Shown here in pieces: positions 57,210 through 64,000 of a stretch of DNA of 64,000 nt. The DNA is from an archaeon. GTDB lineage: Archaea > SpSt-1190 > DYHY01. The DNA lies in NCBI GenBank assembly GCA_043803745.1, contig JAZDJS010000015.1:17573-81572 (forward strand), given 5' to 3'. The position numbers and the translations under genes were made by a program. How positions within the stretch are numbered: the stretch's first letter is position 1; the number at the start of each line of letters is the position of its first letter. The notes below the pieces were generated by a model. The model ran no database searches and was not told the DNA's origin. It saw only the letters and a program-made list of their open reading frames with translations.

Positions 57210-59414
57210 ATGCCCGATTACTTTTCTGGAGAGTTCATCCGGGATGGGAAGATCGAGCGACGGCTTTACCAGGAGCTCATTTCCGCGAACGTCCTCAGAG
57301 GAGGCAACACGCTGGTTGTCCTGCCGACCGCAATGGGGAAGACCGCGATTGCCGCGGTCGTGATTGCCGCAAGAATCTCGAAACTCGGAGGCAACGCAAT
57401 CCTGATTACGCCCACAAAGCCCCTTGCCGAGCAGCATGCGAAAACCCTTTCGGAATTCCTCAACATCCCCGCAATTGCGATAACCGGAGAGATTCCCGCC
57501 GAGAAACGGAGGGAGGCATACAAATCAGCCAGGGCAATATGCGTTACCGCGCCGGCAATCAGGAACGATATCCTTACCGGGGTTTTTTCCCTTTCGGACA
57601 CTGTTGTTGCGGTTTTTGACGAGGCGCATCACTGCGTCAAGAACGATTCCTATGTAATGATCGCGTCCGAATACCAGAAAATAGCCAAGAATCCCATGAT
57701 TCTGGCCCTGACTGCTTCTCCCGGCCACACCAACGAAAGGGTTGACGAAATCTGCCGGAACCTCAGCATTTCCCGGGTCGAGGCGCGGACGGAATCAGAC
57801 CCTGACGTTTCCCAGTACGTTTCAAAGGTTTCCCTTGATTTCGTCCAGGTCGAACTTCCCCCGGAATTCCTGAAAGTGCGCGAGCTTCTCTTCTCAGTCC
57901 TCCGGGGATACTTGCGGGGGCTGAAAGCAGCGGGGCTGATAGAATCAGCGGACTCGGGGTTCATAACCAAGCGCGAACTCCTTGCGGCGAAATCCCGGGC
58001 AGCCGCACTGCGCGACTTCAGCTCAATTGCCGGGACGGCGGGCGCGATAAAAATACTCCACTCAATAGAGCTTTTGGAAACTCAGGGGATTTGTTCCCTT
58101 AATGAATTCATCGGCAGGATGAAGGTCGACGGCTCCAAGTCGGCCAAGCAGATTTCGGCACTCGAGGATTTCCGCCAGGCCGAATCGATTTCAAGGCATC
58201 TCCAGGCAAGGGGCATCGACCACCCGAAGCTCGACAGGCTTGTTGCGCTGGTTTCCGGTAACAAGGCCCCCTCAATAATTTTCGCGCACTATCGCTCCCA
58301 GGCGAAGAAAATATCAGAAATCCTCTCTTCGGCGGGAACAACCTCGCGCATTTTCCTCGGGCAGAAGGAAGGGTTCACTCAGAAGAAGCAGAAGGAAACG
58401 ATAGAGGCGTTCCGCAAGGAGGAATTCCAGGTCCTGGTGAGCACCTCGGTCGGGGAGGAAGGGATCGACATCCCCTCTGTTGACCTGATAATTTTCTACG
58501 AGCCGGTCCCGAGCGCGATAAGGCACATCCAGCGCAGGGGGAGAACGGGGCGGAAGGGCGAGGGCCGCGTAGTTGTCCTCTACGCGAAGGGCACTCGGGA
58601 CGAGGCATACAAGTGGATTTCCCACAGGAACGAAAAGGCAATGCGGGAGATAATAAAGTCGGCCAGGTTTGCGAAGAAGGAGGAGCGGGCCGCGAACAAA
58701 ACTCTTTTCCCTTTCATCAAAACGGATGAGGACGCGCAAGAGCCAGTCCAGCCGAAAATCCTCGCCGATTCCCGAGAAATTCCCTCCGGACTTGTCGCAA
58801 TCCTGAAGAACCAGAACTTCGCGCTCGAGATTTCCGCTCTAAGCGTCGGGGATTTCATAATTTCCGATTCAATTGCGATTGAACGGAAGACCGCGCTTGA
58901 CTTTGTTTCATCGATAATCGACGGGCGGCTTTTCGAGCAGGCTGCCGAGCTTTCCAGGAACTTCGACCGTCCCCTCATCATTCTCGAGGCCGAGAACGGT
59001 CTTTCTTCGGTTTATTCCGTCCGCAACATACATCCCAATGCGATAAGGGGGGCGCTCGTCTCCATTGCGCTCGATTTCGGAATCCCCATTATTCTTTCAT
59101 CCGGAATCGAGGAGACTGCGGCAGTCATATCGGTGATAGCCAAGCGGGAGTTTTCCGAGGGCAATCCCCCCCAGGTAAAGGGCAAAAGGCGGGGGAAAAA
59201 TCTTCTCGAACAGCAGGAGATTTTGGTTGCGGCTCTGCCCGACATAAACCTGACCCTTGCGCGCCGCCTCCTGGCAAGGTTCGGAACTCCCGCGCGCGTA
59301 TTTCTCGCCTCTGAGAAGGAGCTTTGCGAAGTTGGCGGAATAGGCAAGGTCACTGCCTCGAAAATAAGGCAGCTCCTGCTCGGGGAAACCGGTGCGCATG
59401 ATGGAAAAGAATAA
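57210..59414 (+). CDS. hef: Hef helicase-nuclease (FANCM/XPF homolog)
   Basis: PTAMGKT, DEAH, TASPG, QRRGRTGR; ERCC4 domain DSRE, GDF, ERK; HhH2. Confidence 0.95.
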   Translation: MPDYFSGEFIRDGKIERRLYQELISANVLRGGNTLVVLPTAMGKTAIAAVVIAARISKLGGNAILITPTKPLAEQHAKTLSEFLNIPAIAITGEIPAEKRREAYKSARAICVTAPAIRNDILTGVFSLSDTVVAVFDEAHHCVKNDSYVMIASEYQKIAKNPMILALTASPGHTNERVDEICRNLSISRVEARTESDPDVSQYVSKVSLDFVQVELPPEFLKVRELLFSVLRGYLRGLKAAGLIESADSGFITKRELLAAKSRAAALRDFSSIAGTAGAIKILHSIELLETQGICSLNEFIGRMKVDGSKSAKQISALEDFRQAESISRHLQARGIDHPKLDRLVALVSGNKAPSIIFAHYRSQAKKISEILSSAGTTSRIFLGQKEGFTQKKQKETIEAFRKEEFQVLVSTSVGEEGIDIPSVDLIIFYEPVPSAIRHIQRRGRTGRKGEGRVVVLYAKGTRDEAYKWISHRNEKAMREIIKSARFAKKEERAANKTLFPFIKTDEDAQEPVQPKILADSREIPSGLVAILKNQNFALEISALSVGDFIISDSIAIERKTALDFVSSIIDGRLFEQAAELSRNFDRPLIILEAENGLSSVYSVRNIHPNAIRGALVSIALDFGIPIILSSGIEETAAVISVIAKREFSEGNPPQVKGKRRGKNLLEQQEILVAALPDINLTLARRLLARFGTPARVFLASEKELCEVGGIGKVTASKIRQLLLGETGAHDGKE

Positions 59415-59441
59415 AACCGCGCGGCAGAGGTTTGCCAGCTG

Positions 59442-60113
59442 ATGCAATCCTCGATAAGGCACCTCGGGCTTATTCCTGACGGAAACCGCCGGTTCGCCAG
59501 GGGGAAAAGCAAGCCGCCCTGGTGGGGACATGAAGCGGGCGTCCGGAACATGCGGGAGTTCTTCCACTGGGTTTTCGAGGGCTGGAAAATACCCGTACTT
59601 ACTGTCTACGGGCTTTCATCCAAGAACCTTTCGCGGGCGCCGGTTGAGGTTTCAAGGATATTCTCCCTGATAAAGCTCGGTCTGAAGGACGCCGAGAAGA
59701 AAGACTTCTTCATGATGAACAACGTAAGGCTCCGCTTCATCGGCCGCCTGCATCTCCTTCCGAAGAACTTCCAGTCAGCCCTCCGGTCGGCTGAACGGGC
59801 AACCGAGGCAAACAAAAAGTTCTTCCTGAACATTGCGTTCGCATATGACGGTCAGGCGGAAATTGTCGACGCTGTTGCAAAGGGAGCGAGAACCGAGGAG
59901 GAAATCAGCCAGAAAATTTACCTCGGAGGCTTCCCCCCGCCCGACTTGATAATACGGACGAGCGGCGAGCAGAGGCTTTCCGGATTCCTTCTGTGGGGCT
60001 CGAGCTATTCCGAGTTCGCGTTCTGCCGGAAGAAATGGCCGGAATTCGTGCGCAAGGACCTCGACTCAATCCTGCGGAACTACGAGGCAAGGAATCGGCG
60101 TTTCGGCCGGTAG
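59442..60113 (+). CDS. uppS: cis-prenyltransferase (UppS)
   Basis: IPDGNRRFA, YDGQAEI, PDLIIRTSGEQRLSGFL, RRFG. Confidence 0.95.
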   Translation: MQSSIRHLGLIPDGNRRFARGKSKPPWWGHEAGVRNMREFFHWVFEGWKIPVLTVYGLSSKNLSRAPVEVSRIFSLIKLGLKDAEKKDFFMMNNVRLRFIGRLHLLPKNFQSALRSAERATEANKKFFLNIAFAYDGQAEIVDAVAKGARTEEEISQKIYLGGFPPPDLIIRTSGEQRLSGFLLWGSSYSEFAFCRKKWPEFVRKDLDSILRNYEARNRRFGR

Positions 60114-60121
60114 CCGCCAGT

Positions 60122-63100
60122 CTAGAAGAACAGCAGCAGGAGTGCAGCAGCCCCTATGGCGACGATGAACCAAGTGCCTACCCCGAGCCCGTCCTTCACA
60201 ATGATTTCCTCGCACTCGCTTGAGAGGAGGTTCCCCTTCCAATTCGTCAGGTTCGCGCAGGCGAGGTATTCTCCACTCTGCAAGTTCGCGGATATGGTCC
60301 CGTTCGTCGGGAGGTCGGATGTCGCCGACGAGGAAACGCTGACAGTTCCATTGGAATCCTGCAGGCTGTCGTTGACGAGCGCATTGGTTGTCCGTCCGAG
60401 GAGTATGTACGGGATTGAGACGGGTCCCTTGTAGAACACGACTCTCGGCCAGATTATCTGGAACGGGAGAACGTCCACAGAAACGTCCTTCTTAAGGACC
60501 CGTTTCCCGAGGTCGGTCACCTCAAGCGGGACAGTCCGATCTTCCGTTCCAATTACCGTGAAGGAAACTTCGGCGCTCGAACCGGGGGAAACTCTTGCCG
60601 TTCCGCTCTCATCCCCGAACTTCACAAGAGCCTGCCCTTCGGCAGTTCCCTCGTTCTTGACCGTAACCGAGAAAAGCGCCTCCTCAAACTTGTAAACTTC
60701 GATCATTTCAGGAGCGGAGGCAGTTATCTTCGGCGCGTTCTCAACCGGAACTGTTGTGGTCTGGCCGGGCGAAGTTGTCGATGTTTCAACTCCCCCGCCG
60801 ATTGTCACCTGCTCGCTGTCCGAGGCAAAAAGCCTGCCATCGTTGAGGTTCGCCCAAATGGTATGGGTTCCCGGGGAAAGCTCCTTTGGAACCTTGAAGA
60901 ACCCGTTGTCCATCCTTTCGTAAACATACCTGCCGGAATCAATTGCATATGCAAGGCTTCCGTTGGCAGAAGTGCCGTCCTCATATGTCCCGACGAACGA
61001 AATCTCCCCCGAACCGTATCCGATCGAGAGTCCCATTGAATCGTGTATTCTTGTGCAGACCTGGACCGACATGTTCCTCGCGCTTACAAGGTCGCAGCTC
61101 TCGGAAGAGGGCGAAAGCAAGGAAACGTCATAGATCCCGTCCGAAGGGGCTGCAGTCTTCCTCGTTGCCCGGTATGTCACTATGAATGGCTCGCTCGCGG
61201 GAATCCCCCCGACGAACCATTTGCCTTCTGCGGAGAAAAGGGAGTTCGGCTTGACGATTGCGGGAGCTTCGAGAGTAAAGTCTTCGTTTCCGTTGCCGGA
61301 AGGATTGACGGTCAGGATCGCGCTCGCCCAGCCGACCTTGTCCTCCTTTTGGGCATGCGCGGTGATGTTGTTGTTTCCGTACCACGAGGTTGTCCAAATT
61401 TCCTTTGAGAATTCCCCGAACGTGTTCGTCGTGAGGATTTCCTTGCCCCAGGGCATCCTGAGCTCGACGGTCGCGGACCGCACGGGAAGCGTCCCATCGC
61501 TGACTTTTCCGGAGATTATGCTGGTTTCCCCGGCGAGAACTGTCATCGGCACGGCCTGGACAGTCACTTTCAGGTTGTTCGGCTCAAGGATGAACCATTT
61601 GCTTGCATATGCAGTGACGGGACCCGTCGCGCTCGCCATCGCCTTGGCGGATATTTCATGGCTTCCCTCGGGCGAGTTGTAAATGGTCAGGTAATAGCTT
61701 CCAGTAAAGTCCGTGTAAGTTGTCCATTTGCCGAAAGTCGTCCTGACTTCGACGAAAGTGTCGGCAGACGTTTCGGACGGGCAGGCCTTGTTGTTGACGG
61801 TCCCCCGGACCCGTATCTCCTCGCCCGGCGCGTAGAAATATTTGTCAGTCTCAACAGTCATTCCATAGACCCCGCAACTTCCGCTTGTTTCGGAAGTTCC
61901 GGTCACTGAATATTTGCAAACCCCTTCTGAGCAGAAATAACTCCTCTGTTCGGCGGCGGGCCCGTTGCAATAGCCTCCGCTCCTAAGCGAGCAGTAGTAG
62001 CTTTCGCAAACTGGCGTGCCCTCGGTATGCCCGTTGTAGCAATCGACGCGCGCAACATCGAACCCGTAGTTTGCGGCAACCGGATCGCTGTTGAAGAGCA
62101 GTTTGGATTTCCAAGTCGGGTAGTATTCAGTCCAGCCATATTGCCCGCCGTTGAAGTTCTTTTCAACAACGCCAATGAGCCTGTTCCCGGCGGTCCCGTC
62201 ATAGACAAGTAGCTTGTCCCCGCTTTCAGCAGAGAGCTTGAGATAGAAGCGCATCTTGGTCGTCCCGTTCGGGCAGGAGAAATACCCCGAATCCGTCTGG
62301 ATTTTCGTCCGGTAGGGATGTTCGGTTCCGTAGCAGGTCTCCGTGTCCCCCCCGTTGAAGAATTGGTCCGTACTGCAGGAGGGATCTTGCGCGTCAATCA
62401 ATCCGTCATTGTCGTTGTCGGCCCCGTCGCAGCAGATTTCCCGCCTGCCCCATTGGGCCGGAGTGAGGCAGCCGTAGGTAGTGGAAGTGGTTGCCGTTCC
62501 GACATCATAGGTTTCCTTGGCAACGCAGAACCCCTTCGAGCACTTGAAGTCGGTCGGACAGACATGCCCGCAGAATCCGCAGTTGAAGCTATCGCTGTTG
62601 AAATTTCCCGAACACACAGATTCGCAGAAGTTTCCGACCTTCACATAATCTACCCTGAGCGAGCTCCAGTCGGCAGTTGTCGTGTAATAGGTGTAGTTTC
62701 CGAACCATATTGTCTTGGGAGCCGCTGTCGAGGTCCCCGCCGAATACATTACGCCATCGAAATAAATCTTATACTGGCCGGAAATGGACTCCATCCTGAT
62801 GACATGCCAGTTGAGGTCGTACGAACCGGAGTAAACGGGCTCTCCGAAAGCGGTTACGTTAAGGAGCCCCGTCACAGTGTCGGACTTTACGGAAAGGAAG
62901 TCTTCCCTGTCGAAAGCCCCGACGTTGTCAGGCATGCGCGTTGCTGCGCTAAATGGCGAGAAAGTCCCGATGAAAATCCCAGAAGAGCGCTCCCGCACCT
63001 GCGGATACTGGAAGCGTATTTCAACGTAGTATTTGGAGCCGATTCCCGAGAAGGCATTGCTCCTTCCCACGAGAGGGAAATCATTGTCAAGCCCGTTCGA

Positions 63101-63835
63101 GGAAAGGAAAAGGTAGCTGCTGCTCTCGGAGAACTCTGCGCGTCCCCCGGACTGGTCGAAGGACCATCCGTTCGGCACGCCAACCGAAAAAGTGTCCTCG
63201 AAAACGTTTCCCGGAGTGCACGCCTCTGTCGGAGTGTCCGTCATGCAGAACCCGCTCGAGCAATAGTACCCGGTCGGACAGGCATGTCCGCAGGCCCCGC
63301 AATTCTCCCTGCTGTTTTTCAGGTCAATCCCATAACAGTCGATTGAAGTGCCCGGAATATCCGAAACGCACATTCCGCTCGAGCAATAGTACCCGGTCGG
63401 ACAGGCATGTCCGCAGGCCCCGCAATTGCTTTCATCAGTTTCAATATCGGCTCCGTTGCAATAAGGCGCAGTTGTGCTTGTCGTGGTTTGACAAGAGATG
63501 CAAGAAGGAATTGTCGTCGCGGTTGTAGTGGTTGTCGGCCAAACATAGTTCCCGCAAATGCAGGTTCCGCCAGTCTTGAGAAGTTCCTTGCATGCAGTGT
63601 AGCAGTATCCGCTCTGCGAAAGGGGTTTGCACGGACCCAGCGGATTGCACCACTGGATTTCCCCGGGCCCGCAAGTGACCCCGTTAAACGAACATCCTCC
63701 GCCGCAGCCGTTGTTAGCTCCGGGGCTGCTGCAATGGCAGTTCCACGAAAAGCCGGTTGACAGAATAATGGAGAGAAACAGCGCAGACAAAAAAAACGCA
63801 GCCAGAACAAATCCAAACAGTTTTCCCTTTACCAT
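60122..63835 (-). CDS. Large Cys-rich multidomain surface protein
   Basis: Signal peptide; NCG.CGH.CP..C repeats x3; Thr-rich linkers; lectin-like beta domain; CDGADNDNDGLID motif; Ig-like repeats; C-terminal TM. Confidence 0.85.
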   Translation of the reverse strand: MVKGKLFGFVLAAFFLSALFLSIILSTGFSWNCHCSSPGANNGCGGGCSFNGVTCGPGEIQWCNPLGPCKPLSQSGYCYTACKELLKTGGTCICGNYVWPTTTTTATTIPSCISCQTTTSTTAPYCNGADIETDESNCGACGHACPTGYYCSSGMCVSDIPGTSIDCYGIDLKNSRENCGACGHACPTGYYCSSGFCMTDTPTEACTPGNVFEDTFSVGVPNGWSFDQSGGRAEFSESSSYLFLSSNGLDNDFPLVGRSNAFSGIGSKYYVEIRFQYPQVRERSSGIFIGTFSPFSAATRMPDNVGAFDREDFLSVKSDTVTGLLNVTAFGEPVYSGSYDLNWHVIRMESISGQYKIYFDGVMYSAGTSTAAPKTIWFGNYTYYTTTADWSSLRVDYVKVGNFCESVCSGNFNSDSFNCGFCGHVCPTDFKCSKGFCVAKETYDVGTATTSTTYGCLTPAQWGRREICCDGADNDNDGLIDAQDPSCSTDQFFNGGDTETCYGTEHPYRTKIQTDSGYFSCPNGTTKMRFYLKLSAESGDKLLVYDGTAGNRLIGVVEKNFNGGQYGWTEYYPTWKSKLLFNSDPVAANYGFDVARVDCYNGHTEGTPVCESYYCSLRSGGYCNGPAAEQRSYFCSEGVCKYSVTGTSETSGSCGVYGMTVETDKYFYAPGEEIRVRGTVNNKACPSETSADTFVEVRTTFGKWTTYTDFTGSYYLTIYNSPEGSHEISAKAMASATGPVTAYASKWFILEPNNLKVTVQAVPMTVLAGETSIISGKVSDGTLPVRSATVELRMPWGKEILTTNTFGEFSKEIWTTSWYGNNNITAHAQKEDKVGWASAILTVNPSGNGNEDFTLEAPAIVKPNSLFSAEGKWFVGGIPASEPFIVTYRATRKTAAPSDGIYDVSLLSPSSESCDLVSARNMSVQVCTRIHDSMGLSIGYGSGEISFVGTYEDGTSANGSLAYAIDSGRYVYERMDNGFFKVPKELSPGTHTIWANLNDGRLFASDSEQVTIGGGVETSTTSPGQTTTVPVENAPKITASAPEMIEVYKFEEALFSVTVKNEGTAEGQALVKFGDESGTARVSPGSSAEVSFTVIGTEDRTVPLEVTDLGKRVLKKDVSVDVLPFQIIWPRVVFYKGPVSIPYILLGRTTNALVNDSLQDSNGTVSVSSSATSDLPTNGTISANLQSGEYLACANLTNWKGNLLSSECEEIIVKDGLGVGTWFIVAIGAAALLLLFF
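63252..63427. repeat. Identical 53-bp direct repeat within the surface-protein gene
   Basis: 63252-63304 equals 63375-63427. Confidence 0.9.
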
Positions 63836-63862
63836 GTTTTCACCATTTATGCGTAGTCAATT

Positions 63863-63921
63863 ATTTATAAGCTTTCCCGTCAAATCCCCTCAGGAACCCC
63901 TTGAGGAACCACTCAGGAACC
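63863..63921 (-). promoter_or_regulatory. TATA box of the surface-protein gene with three upstream direct repeats
   Basis: TTATAAAT (minus strand, 63863-63870); YTSAGGAACC at 63889, 63901, 63912. Confidence 0.5.
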
Positions 63922-64000
63922 CTCGGTACATGCCCCTTTCCGCCCTTGATTTAAAAATCCACTCTAATAAACTTTTCCGGAGAATAACCCAATGTACCAC

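Noticed and set aside
56464-57363. Long antisense ORFs (also 6403-7125, 17367-18248, 62318-63346)
   Set aside because: Shadows of well-supported genes on the opposite strand

Overview
Core chromosomal segment of an archaeon, most consistent with a DPANN-type lineage (PolD, Orc1/Cdc6, histone, RadA, Hef, Lhr, archaeal SecDF, NAC, EF-1beta, UppS, tRNA-Gln with A1-U72); the taxon is inferred, not established. It opens with a replication locus: RecJ/DHH nuclease, a nucleotidyltransferase-wHTH fusion, an ORB-flanked oriC, cdc6, and DP1-DP2 without inteins. Translocation, glycosylation, nucleotide and CoA genes follow, with two tRNAs, a PadR-led ABC/COG1361 operon and a large Cys-rich surface protein. 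No CRISPR array, rRNA, transposase, TnpB or integrase was seen. Three things stand out. (1) An AT-rich trough (~35-41.3 kb) is centred on phased 9-bp TGAnnTCA arrays and lies beside a cluster of wHTH genes; it is a candidate centromere-like site or second origin. (2) A dispersed family of structured intergenic elements has IS200/IS605-like ends, and an ~35-bp double-hairpin module (TCCGTGCTnnAGCACCGA) appears inserted into unrelated contexts, including a tRNA-Arg 3' repeat. (3) A PPAT-like enzyme is fused to a wHTH domain right at oriC. All calls come from reading motifs by eye; no searches were run.
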